Source of the DNA: a bacterium | GTDB lineage: Bacteria; Electryoneota; Electryoneia; Electryoneales; Electryoneaceae | Direction: 5' to 3' | Length of the DNA stretch: 64,000 nt | NCBI GenBank assembly: GCA_963669175.1 | Contig: OY769902.1 | Location: 3,008,001-3,072,000 of the forward strand | In this document: positions 46,552-55,825 of the stretch, piece by piece | Layout: each line of letters starts with the position of its first letter | Position numbering within the stretch: position 1 is the stretch's first letter | Notes under the pieces: generated by a model | Seen by the model: the letters and a program-made list of their open reading frames with translations, nothing else | Database searches by the model: none | Told to the model about the DNA's origin: nothing | Position numbers and translations under genes: made by a program

Positions 46552-47406
46552 ATGAAGATTTCACCGCTTGATATTCGTAAGCAGGAGTTCAAAAAAGCGG
46601 TACGCGGGTATGATGTGGACGAAGTCCGCAGTTTCCTGACGATGATCGCTGATGAATATGAAGGGCTGCTGAACCGTGCCAAGGAGATGAAGAAGCAGAT
46701 GGATCATCTCAAGAGCAAGGTGGACGAGTATGAGACTTCACAATCTGATTTGAAAGACTCGATGTATGACGTGCATCAGATCCAGCAGCAGAAGGCAGAG
46801 AAGGTGCTGGAGGAGGCGGAATACATCAAGCAGAAGGCCCAGTTTGAGGCGGAACGCATGATCCATGAGGCGAAGAAGCGTCATCATCGCCTGTTGGAAG
46901 AAATACACCGGTTGGATGGTCTTCGCAAGGGCTTTCTGGTGAAGATGCATCACATTCTGGGCAGCCAGCTTGAACTGGTGCAGATCCTTGAAGAAGAAGA
47001 TCCCACGGAGGAGCTTGGGGTCAGTATGAAGAAGTTGGCCCAGGCTGCTGACCGTATCAAGGCGAATAAAAAGGTGAGTCCGGTAAAAACCGTGGGCGCC
47101 CCGGTTGAACAGCAAGTAGAAGCAACTGCTCCAGTCCAACAGGAACAGGCGCCGGTAGCCAAAGCTGAACCGGAAGCGCCGAGACGGCAGGCGGCAAAGG
47201 TTGCGGCACAACGGTTTAGAACGACAGGCAGTGGCGGGGTTCAACCTCAGCAACCTACCCGTCCAGCAACGCAACCGGCTCCGGCAAGACCGGCAGGAAC
47301 ACCCCAAAACGCTGATTCCGGCTGGTTCCAGAAACAGAAACCCGGCGCAACCTCGCATGGGGATAGTGGCGACAAGGATGCACGAAAAACACATTTTGAT
47401 TTGTAA
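46552..47406 (+). CDS. divIVA: DivIVA domain protein with long low-complexity C-terminal tail
   Basis: ISPLDIRKQEFKKAVRGYDVDEVRSFL followed by coiled coil. Confidence 0.88.
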   Translation: MKISPLDIRKQEFKKAVRGYDVDEVRSFLTMIADEYEGLLNRAKEMKKQMDHLKSKVDEYETSQSDLKDSMYDVHQIQQQKAEKVLEEAEYIKQKAQFEAERMIHEAKKRHHRLLEEIHRLDGLRKGFLVKMHHILGSQLELVQILEEEDPTEELGVSMKKLAQAADRIKANKKVSPVKTVGAPVEQQVEATAPVQQEQAPVAKAEPEAPRRQAAKVAAQRFRTTGSGGVQPQQPTRPATQPAPARPAGTPQNADSGWFQKQKPGATSHGDSGDKDARKTHFDL

Positions 47407-47450
47407 CCCATACAGGCAACACAACAAGTAAGTTAGAGCACGACGAAACG

Positions 47451-50400
47451 ATGGCTACGGATAAGAAAACCACATTCGCAACGGTTCAGAATCCCCCGGA
47501 TTTCCCGGCGCTGGATCACCGTATTCTGAAGTTCTGGGATGATAACAACATCTTCCAGCGTTCCATGGACGAGCGCTCAGGATGTGAGGACTTTGTTTTT
47601 TATGATGGCCCTCCAGGGACCAACGCACCGCCTCATGTCGGGCATATGATGCAGTCCGCCCTGAAAGATCTCTGGCCACGCTATAAGACCATGCAGGGCA
47701 TGCGGGTGCTGCGTAAGGCTGGCTGGGATACGCATGGCCTCCCGGTAGAACTGACAACAGACCGCGACCTCAAGCTTGAGAGCAAGCGTGATGTCGAGGC
47801 CTATGGCGTACAGAAATATGTAGACCATTGCCGTGGCGTCGTTTTCCGGTTCAAGGAAACCTGGAACGAAGCGATCAAACGTCTTGGTCGTTTTGTGGAC
47901 CTGGATAATTTTTACGCCACCTACACCACATCCTATATCCAATCTGACTGGTGGGTGTTGAAACAGGCTTGGGATACACAGGTAGCCGAAGAGTTCCGCA
48001 ATTCTGCAAACCTGCTCGGTGGTGATCGTTTCCTGTATAAGGACTACCGTATCAGCGCCTGGTGTCCGAAGCAGGGAACCACTCTGTCCAACTTCGAAGT
48101 TGCGCAGGGGTATAAAGACGTCGTCGAAATCGCCCTGTTCCCGAAATTCCGGGTAAAGGGGGAAGAGAACACTTTCCTCGTCGCCTGGACCACGACTGCC
48201 TGGACGCTGTTGTCCAACATCGCCATTGCTGTTGGCCCATCGATTCCTTATGTGAAAATTCGTATCACCGAAGACGCCAAGGGTGTCAAGGCCGGTGAGC
48301 ATCTGATCGTCGCACGTGCCCGTCTCGAAGCCTTGAAGGATTTCCTCGGAGCATACGAGATCGAAGCGGAGATGAAAGGGACGGACCTCGCGGGCATGGC
48401 CTATGAGCCGCTGTGGGCATTCCAGAATCTCCCGGAAGGCGAGCGTGGGCACACAGTCATCGCCGATGAATATGTGACCACCGAAGATGGTACTGGCATG
48501 GTTCACCTTGCCCCGTACGGCGAGGATGACCACCGGATCATGAAGGCAAACAACATGCCCTCGATCCTGCGTGTCGATGCGCATGGACATGTTGTTGATG
48601 GGGTAGGGGAATGGTCCGGAAAATGGTTCAAGGACGAAGATCTTGAGATCGGTATTCTCCGAGATCTAGCCGGACGTAACCTGCTGCTGGGCAAGGAAAA
48701 ACACGGACACACCTACCCGTTCCATTACAAGACGGGCAGTCCGTTGATGTATTTCCCACGTCCCGGTTGGTTTATCCGTAGCACGGCGATGCGTGAGCAG
48801 ATGCTGGCAGCGAATGAACGTATCAACTGGGTGCCGGGACACATCCGTGACGGGCGTTTCGGCAAGTGGCTGGAAAATGTGATCGACTGGAACATCACCC
48901 GTGAACGCTTCTGGGGAAGCCCGCTGCCGGTGTGGAGCAGTGATGACGACAAAGAAGCGATTGTGGTCGGTTCCATTGCCGAGTTGAACGAACATTTGCT
49001 GCGAAGCGGCCAGAAGCCATTTGAACCGGATGCAGACCTGCACAAGCCGGGTATTGATGAGATCGTCCTGATCAGTGAAAGCGGACGTGAGCTGCGCCGT
49101 GAAGATTTCGTTCTGGATTCCTGGTTCAATGCGGGTATCATGCCCTGGGGGCAGGTTGGCTACCCGGCGCAGGCAGGTTCCGTTGAGCATGTGAACAGCC
49201 AGTATCCGGCAGATTTCATTTGTGAAGGTCTGGATCAGACGCGTGGCTGGTTCTACAGCCTGCTGGCTTGCAGCACAATGCTGGCAATAGCGCGAGGCGA
49301 TGAGGACAGGGACCGCTGGAGCAGTTACAAGACAGTCATCTGTACTGATCTCGTTCTGGATGAGACCGGTGAGAAGATGTCCAAGTCCAAGGGTAACGTC
49401 GTTCCGCCGGTTCCGATGATGGATAAGTACGGGGCGGATGCTGTCCGCTGGTCCATCTTCAGGAACAATCCCTGGCTGCCGGTTCGTTTCGGTGAAGAAC
49501 CGTTGAAGGAATCGTTGCGCCAGATCTTTATCCCGTTGTGGAATGCTTACGGTTTCTTCGTCACCTACGCGAATATCGATGGTTGGAAACCGACTGCTGA
49601 GAACATGGCCGGAACATCGGACAACCTGCTGGATAAGTGGATTCTGACCTGTTTCAACGATATGGTTGCTACAGTTACCGACCGTCTGGAAAACTATGAT
49701 GTCATGCCGGCCGCTGCATCCATTACGGATTTCGCGGACCGTTTGACCAACTGGTACATTCGAAGAAGCCGCCGCCGTTTCTGGAAGAGTGAGCAGGAAT
49801 CGGACAAGGCGAACGCTTACCGTACGTTGTACCAGGTGTTGACCGGGCTTACCAAGGTAATGGCCCCGTTTGCCCCCTTCATGACGGAAGAGATGTACCG
49901 GAACCTGGTACTGGGGCATGTGGACGGCGCGAAAGATTCGGTTCACCTGGAAAATTGGCCGAAGGTCAATCCTTCCTGGCAGAACGATGAATTGAAAACC
50001 AAAATGGATGTGGTTCGCACGCTGGTCTCGCTGGGACATGCGGCGCGTAACGAGGCGAAGATCAAAGTACGCCAGCCATTGCCGGCTTTGATTGTCGCGG
50101 GCGCGTCCGATCAGGATAAGGTTGCAGTGGATGAACTTGGCGACTTGATCATTGACGAACTGAACGTCAAGGCGATCACTTTTGTCGGCGGTCGTGATGA
50201 ACTGGTCGAGTTCAAAGCAAAGGCGAACTTCAGGCTGCTTGGTCCACGTTTCGGCAAAGAGGGCAAGGTCTGGGCGGGGAAGATAGCCGCTGCTGATCAG
50301 GACATGATCGCTATATGGCGCAAGGGTGAAGCTGTGGTTATTGATGGCGAGACCTTTGAGCCGGACATGGCGCTGCTGGATGAGATCGTACCGGATTATT

Positions 50401-50717
50401 TCGTTGCCAAGGAAGAGAGCGGGCAGGCAGTGTTCCTGGATACGCGCACCAATGATGACCTGCTGGATGAGGGGTACGTGCGTGAGCTGGTGAACAAGGT
50501 ACAGAATCGTCGCAAGGAGATGGACCTGGAAGTCACGCAGCGCATCGTTCTGGCCGTTGAAGCGGATGAACGTGTGCGTCGAGCCTTGGAAACTTACGGC
50601 GAAATCCTTGCCAATGAAGTGCTTGCCAACGAGATGGAAGTCGGCGATTTGACACATGAAAACGATCTGGTCAAGATCAATGACCGGAAAGCATGGTTTG
50701 AGGTCAAACCACTTTGA
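47451..50717 (+). CDS. ileS: Isoleucine--tRNA ligase (type 2)
   Basis: FYDGPP..N..PHVGH, GWDTHGLPVE, DWNITRERFWG, FICEGLDQTRGWFY, KMSKSKGN, NWYIRRSRRRFW. Confidence 0.96.
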   Translation: MATDKKTTFATVQNPPDFPALDHRILKFWDDNNIFQRSMDERSGCEDFVFYDGPPGTNAPPHVGHMMQSALKDLWPRYKTMQGMRVLRKAGWDTHGLPVELTTDRDLKLESKRDVEAYGVQKYVDHCRGVVFRFKETWNEAIKRLGRFVDLDNFYATYTTSYIQSDWWVLKQAWDTQVAEEFRNSANLLGGDRFLYKDYRISAWCPKQGTTLSNFEVAQGYKDVVEIALFPKFRVKGEENTFLVAWTTTAWTLLSNIAIAVGPSIPYVKIRITEDAKGVKAGEHLIVARARLEALKDFLGAYEIEAEMKGTDLAGMAYEPLWAFQNLPEGERGHTVIADEYVTTEDGTGMVHLAPYGEDDHRIMKANNMPSILRVDAHGHVVDGVGEWSGKWFKDEDLEIGILRDLAGRNLLLGKEKHGHTYPFHYKTGSPLMYFPRPGWFIRSTAMREQMLAANERINWVPGHIRDGRFGKWLENVIDWNITRERFWGSPLPVWSSDDDKEAIVVGSIAELNEHLLRSGQKPFEPDADLHKPGIDEIVLISESGRELRREDFVLDSWFNAGIMPWGQVGYPAQAGSVEHVNSQYPADFICEGLDQTRGWFYSLLACSTMLAIARGDEDRDRWSSYKTVICTDLVLDETGEKMSKSKGNVVPPVPMMDKYGADAVRWSIFRNNPWLPVRFGEEPLKESLRQIFIPLWNAYGFFVTYANIDGWKPTAENMAGTSDNLLDKWILTCFNDMVATVTDRLENYDVMPAAASITDFADRLTNWYIRRSRRRFWKSEQESDKANAYRTLYQVLTGLTKVMAPFAPFMTEEMYRNLVLGHVDGAKDSVHLENWPKVNPSWQNDELKTKMDVVRTLVSLGHAARNEAKIKVRQPLPALIVAGASDQDKVAVDELGDLIIDELNVKAITFVGGRDELVEFKAKANFRLLGPRFGKEGKVWAGKIAAADQDMIAIWRKGEAVVIDGETFEPDMALLDEIVPDYFVAKEESGQAVFLDTRTNDDLLDEGYVRELVNKVQNRRKEMDLEVTQRIVLAVEADERVRRALETYGEILANEVLANEMEVGDLTHENDLVKINDRKAWFEVKPL

Positions 50718-51427
50718 GCGATTTTGAAAAAGCAGATCAGGTGAACGAACCTGAGCAGATAGAAAGCATGGGAACATCACCGGATGAGCACCAGGCTGAT
50801 GCCCATATGCCGGTGATCGAAGCCGAGTCCGCCTATTCGATCGGGCAAGTGCAGTCTCCCTGGAAACTGTACCTGCCCTGGATGCTGGCAGTCTTTGTCC
50901 TGATCCTGGATCAGGGCACCAAGGCGCTGGTGCTGTCGAATATGGACCTGCATGAACGTATCCGGTTTATCGGCGATATCGTGCGCTGGACTTATGTTCA
51001 GAACACGGGCATGGTGTTCGGTATGCCCCCGGTTGGCGGACGTTGGGTGCTGGTAGGATTGAATTTCGCTGCCATGCTGTTATTCGTGTTCATTTTGTGG
51101 AAAATCAAGAATGAGCCGCTTGGCATCCGCCTGATTCTTGGCGGAATTGTCGGGGGGGCGATTGGCAACAATATAGACCGGATCAGGTTCGGGTATGTGG
51201 TCGATTTTATTGATGTTGACCTGCCTGATTTTTTGATGCCGCGTTGGTATGTATTCAATGTCGCGGATTCGTTTATCTCGGTTGGGATTACTATACTGAT
51301 TCTGCTGATGCTGCTGAAGCCAAGTCTGTTGAAACCGAATATGGAAAGCGATTCTGAAGCAGAGCCTGAAGCAGCAGAGGATGAGTTCTCGCAAGAAAGC
51401 GAACCAGTAAAAGGTGAAGAACTTTGA
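50714..51427 (+). CDS. lspA: Lipoprotein signal peptidase II
   Basis: DQGTK, NTGMVFG, GGAIGNNIDR..G.VVDF, FNVADS. Confidence 0.95.
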   Translation: MSDFEKADQVNEPEQIESMGTSPDEHQADAHMPVIEAESAYSIGQVQSPWKLYLPWMLAVFVLILDQGTKALVLSNMDLHERIRFIGDIVRWTYVQNTGMVFGMPPVGGRWVLVGLNFAAMLLFVFILWKIKNEPLGIRLILGGIVGGAIGNNIDRIRFGYVVDFIDVDLPDFLMPRWYVFNVADSFISVGITILILLMLLKPSLLKPNMESDSEAEPEAAEDEFSQESEPVKGEEL

Positions 51428-52212
51428 AAAAACCTGACTGCAAGAAAGCGTTGCAACTTGTTGTGTTGGTTTTTATTGCCGGAATGGTATTCATTTCGGG
51501 AAATGTTTTTGCCCGGGAGTATCCGAAACCGGATGGCCTGGTGAATGATTTCTCCGGGATCATGAGCGCACGCGAACAGAGCCGTCTTGAGGCGTTGTGC
51601 CAGGAAGCCAGCCGTAAAGCCAATATCCAGATCGCCATTGTGACCATGGACGAGATACCGGAAGGTCAGGATATTTCAGCCTACGCGGTTGAGTTGGCAC
51701 ATGCGTGGGGAATCGGACGCAAGGGCGAAGATCGTGGCTGCCTGATCCTGTTCAAAACCACACAGCGTAGAAATATCTATCTCGCAACGGGATATGGTCT
51801 TGAGGGGGATATCAACGACGCCAAAGCCGGACGTATCCTGGACCAGGTGACCATTCCCCTTATCAAACAGAACCGGATGTTGGAAGCCTTTGCCGGAACT
51901 GTTTCGACCATTGTCAATATTGTTGAGCCCGATGTTACACTGACTGGTGCGCCAGCGCCTCGTCAGGTACGTGCAGGGGATGATGAGTTGACGCCGAGCA
52001 AGATAATCGGTTTGATCATCATGATCATCATCTTCCTCATCATGTCACGTTCGCCGCTTGGCCGATCCATGTTGTTCGGCATGCTGCTTGGTTCGATGAT
52101 GGGCGGACGTCGCGGTGGCTGGGGCGGCGGTGGCGGAGGTTTTGGCGGTGGATTCGGCGGTTTTGGCGGTGGTGGTTTTGGCGGCGGAGGAGCCGGACGA
52201 GGAGGTTTCTGA
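51424..52212 (+). CDS. TPM domain protein with Gly-rich tail
   Basis: VNDFSG, WGIG.K..DRG, TGYGLEG.I.D, GGFGGFGGGGFGGGGAG. Confidence 0.9.
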   Translation: MKKPDCKKALQLVVLVFIAGMVFISGNVFAREYPKPDGLVNDFSGIMSAREQSRLEALCQEASRKANIQIAIVTMDEIPEGQDISAYAVELAHAWGIGRKGEDRGCLILFKTTQRRNIYLATGYGLEGDINDAKAGRILDQVTIPLIKQNRMLEAFAGTVSTIVNIVEPDVTLTGAPAPRQVRAGDDELTPSKIIGLIIMIIIFLIMSRSPLGRSMLFGMLLGSMMGGRRGGWGGGGGGFGGGFGGFGGGGFGGGGAGRGGF

Positions 52213-52215
52213 TTC

Positions 52216-52941
52216 ATGGATAGCGCACTGAAAAGCAAAATAGATAATATGGTGCAGGTATGGAAATCGTACTGGGGGGAAAACCTCGAGGCGGTTTACC
52301 TGTATGGTTCGACAGCACGTGATGAACATGCCGGAAAATCCAGCGACATTAACCTGATGTTGCAGGTGAAATCCGGAGAACTTTACGACCGTTGGCCGGA
52401 AGCTTCTACCATTGCAGGGCGCTGGTTTAAAAAAGGCTTCGCTATTCCGCTGGTGATGTCGAAAGGATATATCACAAGTACTGTAGATGTATTCCCGATT
52501 GAATTTCTGGATATGAAGCTTTTCCATGAGACGCTGCATGGTTCCGATCTTCTGTCCGAATTGAACTTTGAGAACGAACACCTGCGAATTCAGGTGGAGC
52601 GTGAAGTAAAAGGCAAATGGGTGCAGCTCAGGCAGGCCGCGCTGGAGCGTGGTGGAAATACGACGGACATGCGGAACCTGCTGGCGATGAGTGTCCCGAC
52701 CTGGGTTGCAGTATCCCAGGCGCTTTTGGTGATAAACGGAAAAGAAGTGCCCCGGGCCAAACGTGAAGTCCTGAAGCAGGGAGCAGGGCTGGCCGGTGTG
52801 AATGCGGATACATTCCTGAAGCTGGAAGAGATGCGACGGGAACGAAAAGCGATGAACCGGAACGCTGCCTGGGAACTGTTGCTTGAAACGCTGAAGCATG
52901 TGGATATGCTTGCGAAGTATGCGGATCAGTTGGGAGGCTGA
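52216..52941 (+). CDS. Nucleotidyltransferase-fold protein
   Basis: LYGS.AR......SDIN, DVFPIEFLDM, LR.QVERE..GK. Confidence 0.8.
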   Translation: MDSALKSKIDNMVQVWKSYWGENLEAVYLYGSTARDEHAGKSSDINLMLQVKSGELYDRWPEASTIAGRWFKKGFAIPLVMSKGYITSTVDVFPIEFLDMKLFHETLHGSDLLSELNFENEHLRIQVEREVKGKWVQLRQAALERGGNTTDMRNLLAMSVPTWVAVSQALLVINGKEVPRAKREVLKQGAGLAGVNADTFLKLEEMRRERKAMNRNAAWELLLETLKHVDMLAKYADQLGG

Positions 52942-52980
52942 TCTGCTGTTGCTGAACAGTCGACAAGTGTGGGGTGAACT

Positions 52981-53544
52981 GTGAAGAAAATATGGATTAT
53001 CCTTGGTGTTGTCCTGGTTGTCATTTTTATCATTGGCGGCTGGGTTTTCGGTAACTACAACTCCATTGTTGCATTGGATGAAGAGGTGTCCAATTCCTGG
53101 GCAAATGTGCAGAGCGCCTACCAGCGCCGCATGGATCTGATTCCCAACCTGGTGAACACGGTCAAGGGCTATGCTGAGCATGAAGAAGGCGTATTGACTG
53201 CGGTAACCGAAGCTCGTGCCAAAGCTGGCGGCGCGGGGACGGTCCCGGAACAGATGGCTGCCCAGAACGAACTGAGTTCTGCATTGTCACGGTTGATGGT
53301 CGTGGTCGAAGCGTACCCTGACCTGAAAGCCAACCAGAATTTTACTGCCTTGCAGGATGAGCTTGCCGGAACGGAAAACCGGATCAATGTCGCACGTAAC
53401 CGTTACAATGAAACGGTGAAGGTGTACAACAAGAAGATTCGCCAGTTCCCCGGGGCGTTATTCGCGGGGATGTTCGGTTTTGAGAAGCGCGATTTTTTCG
53501 AAGCGCCGAAGGAAGCGGCGCAGGCTCCAAAGGTGGAATTCTAG
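52981..53544 (+). CDS. lemA: LemA family protein
   Basis: YQRRMDLIPNLV.TVKGYA.HE, YPDLKANQNF..LQ.EL.GTENRI. Confidence 0.95.
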   Translation: MKKIWIILGVVLVVIFIIGGWVFGNYNSIVALDEEVSNSWANVQSAYQRRMDLIPNLVNTVKGYAEHEEGVLTAVTEARAKAGGAGTVPEQMAAQNELSSALSRLMVVVEAYPDLKANQNFTALQDELAGTENRINVARNRYNETVKVYNKKIRQFPGALFAGMFGFEKRDFFEAPKEAAQAPKVEF

Positions 53545-53545
53545 C

Positions 53546-54331
53546 ATGACGGCGTGCAAACCAAGCGGCATTGTAACTTTTACAACGGATTTCGGTCTGA
53601 CAGATGATTATGTCGGACTTTTGCATGGCGCTGTTTACATTGTTGATCCAAGTGTTCATATTGTAAACCTGTGCCATAACCTGGTTCCTGGTGAGATTCA
53701 CGCAGCGGCTTTTCTATTGCTGCATGACCATAATCAATTCCCGACCGGAACAGTGCATGTGGCTGTTGTCGATCCGGGAGTAGGCTCACATCGTGAGATC
53801 CTTGCAGCACGAATAGGCGACCATATGTTCCTGGCGCCGAATAATGGTCTGTTGCATCCCTTGCTGGAGCGTGGACCAGTTCATGAAGTGCGCAAGGTGA
53901 CCAATGAAGATCTGTTCCGTAAACCCATATCAAACACATTCCATGGACGTGACATTTTCGCTCCGGTAGCCGCACGCCTGGCGACCGGGATGCCCCTGAG
54001 CGAAGTTGGCCCGGAAATGACTGAATGGCATAAGATTACCCAGGTGCATCCTGAAATGGAAGCCAACGGGTACATCGGACGTGTGATGCTGGTTGACCGT
54101 TTTGGCAACCTGATCACCAATCTGCCGCCTGAAGCACTGGTAGATCATACGATACAGATCGCCGGTACTCGCCCACGCGTGGTCGATACCTTCTCCCAGG
54201 GAAATCCCGGGGAAACGATCTGTCTCGTTGGCAGCAAGCAGACGGTTGAAGTGGTTATTAATGGAGGTGATGCAGCGAAGATTTTGGGATTGGGAGTGGG
54301 TACGGCAATTCGGGCGCTTTCGCATGCGTAA
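53546..54331 (+). CDS. SAM hydroxide adenosyltransferase / chlorinase-fluorinase family (DUF62)
   Basis: TTDFG..D.YV, VHVAVVDPGVG, SNTFHGRDIFAP, VDRFGNLITN. Confidence 0.92.
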   Translation: MTACKPSGIVTFTTDFGLTDDYVGLLHGAVYIVDPSVHIVNLCHNLVPGEIHAAAFLLLHDHNQFPTGTVHVAVVDPGVGSHREILAARIGDHMFLAPNNGLLHPLLERGPVHEVRKVTNEDLFRKPISNTFHGRDIFAPVAARLATGMPLSEVGPEMTEWHKITQVHPEMEANGYIGRVMLVDRFGNLITNLPPEALVDHTIQIAGTRPRVVDTFSQGNPGETICLVGSKQTVEVVINGGDAAKILGLGVGTAIRALSHA

Positions 54332-54396
54332 AAGCGCTGGTGGTTCATTTGGGTGAAATGAACCGCTCGTTCGTTCCAGAAAACTGAGGCAGAACT

Positions 54397-55800
54397 ATGG
54401 GTCATCGGTTGCGGTTGGACATAACGCGCATGTTATCCGATGTCGTGGGAATAGAACATGGCATTACCCTGGATGACATTGAGGCGGCCTGGCCCAAAGC
54501 TGAAGCGATATTACAGGGGCTTGAAGCCAGGCATGGAGCTGGCGATATGCCCCTTTTTGATTTGCCGGACAGCACGGACGTGGTGGATAAAATCCTTGAC
54601 TTTGCTGAAAAGGCAAAGGGGAAATTCCGGAATGTCGTCGTGCTTGGCATTGGCGGATCCTCCTCGGCAGGAACCGCGCTTCAATCAGCTCTGAAACCTC
54701 AGCTCTGGAATCAGCTTCCCGATGAGAAGCGCGATGGTTTGCGCTTGTTCGTGCCGGATAATTCTGACCCGGAATTGTTGCATGCCGTGATGGAGGTCTG
54801 TCCTCCTGAGGAAACCCTTTATTGTGTGATCACCAAGTCAGGCCGGACGGCCGAGACAATGGCCTCGTTCTTTGCCGTGTTGACACCGTTGAAAGAAGCG
54901 CTCAAGGATCAGTACACTTCCCATTTGGTGTTCATCACAGATCCATCGAAAGGGAATCTGCGCCAGATCGCACGAAGCGAAGGCATTCGTTCATTCAATA
55001 TCCCGGCCGGTGTCGGGGGACGTTTTTCCGTATTCACACCGGTTGGATTGCTTCCGGCCGCGCTTGTCGGAATCGATATCTCGCAGGTGCTTGAGGGCGC
55101 CTTACTGCAACGCGAGAAATGCTTCAACCGCGATTTGCAGGCCAATCCGGCTGCCGTGTACGCTTTGTTGCAGTACCTGGCGCATACCGAACGTGAAAAA
55201 CATATCCATGTCATGATGCCTTATGCCAACGCGCTGAAGCCGGTCGCAGACTGGTTCAAGCAGCTTTGGGCTGAGTCGCTGGGCAAGAAATTCAACATGA
55301 AGCATGAAGCGGTGTTCTGCGGACCAACCCCGTTGGCGGCGCTCGGAGCTACCGATCAGCACAGCCAGGTACAGCTTTATGTGGAAGGCCCGCATGACAA
55401 GACGTTCACCTTCATCTTCCCGGGCGAATATCGCAAGGAAGTGAAAATCGGACGTCATTATCATGACATTGAGACAACTGAATATTTGGCGGATAAGACG
55501 TTGGGACGGTTGTTGGTGGCGGAAGCGGAGGCTACACAGCATGCTCTAACGGCGGCCCATCGTCCTAATATGGCGATCAAGCTGGATGAGGTATCGCCTT
55601 CGACCATCGGGCAGCTCATGTTTATGCTGGAAGTGTCAGCGTTGGTCGCCGGTGGATTGTATGAAGTGAATCCGCTTGACCAACCCGGCGTTGAAGCGGG
55701 AAAAGTGGCTACCTATGCCTTGATGGGACGTTCAGGATATGAGGATATCCTGGCGGAGATAGAAAAGGAACGTTCACGCAACCCGGTTATCATCGAGTAG
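54397..55800 (+). CDS. pgi: Glucose-6-phosphate isomerase
   Basis: GIGGS, TKSG.T.ET, VGGRFSV, QLWAESLGK, DQHSQ.QL, DQPGVEAGK. Confidence 0.95.
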   Translation: MGHRLRLDITRMLSDVVGIEHGITLDDIEAAWPKAEAILQGLEARHGAGDMPLFDLPDSTDVVDKILDFAEKAKGKFRNVVVLGIGGSSSAGTALQSALKPQLWNQLPDEKRDGLRLFVPDNSDPELLHAVMEVCPPEETLYCVITKSGRTAETMASFFAVLTPLKEALKDQYTSHLVFITDPSKGNLRQIARSEGIRSFNIPAGVGGRFSVFTPVGLLPAALVGIDISQVLEGALLQREKCFNRDLQANPAAVYALLQYLAHTEREKHIHVMMPYANALKPVADWFKQLWAESLGKKFNMKHEAVFCGPTPLAALGATDQHSQVQLYVEGPHDKTFTFIFPGEYRKEVKIGRHYHDIETTEYLADKTLGRLLVAEAEATQHALTAAHRPNMAIKLDEVSPSTIGQLMFMLEVSALVAGGLYEVNPLDQPGVEAGKVATYALMGRSGYEDILAEIEKERSRNPVIIE

Positions 55801-55825
55801 GAGACCTGGCAAACAGGGGGAGACG

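Noticed and set aside
48666-50780. 704-aa antisense ORF and other long antisense ORFs (47577-48590, 52045-53181, 7368-8183, 30060-30818, 59952-60728, 20002-20871)
   Set aside because: Shadow frames opposite well-supported genes, explained by codon bias; no motifs
52105-52210. GGC/GGT-rich repeat as a DNA element
   Set aside because: It encodes the normal Gly-rich tail of TPM proteins
53546-54331. Halogenase (fluorinase/chlorinase) of a natural-product cluster
   Set aside because: Housekeeping context and HGRD motif fit a DUF62 SAM hydrolase; no biosynthetic genes nearby
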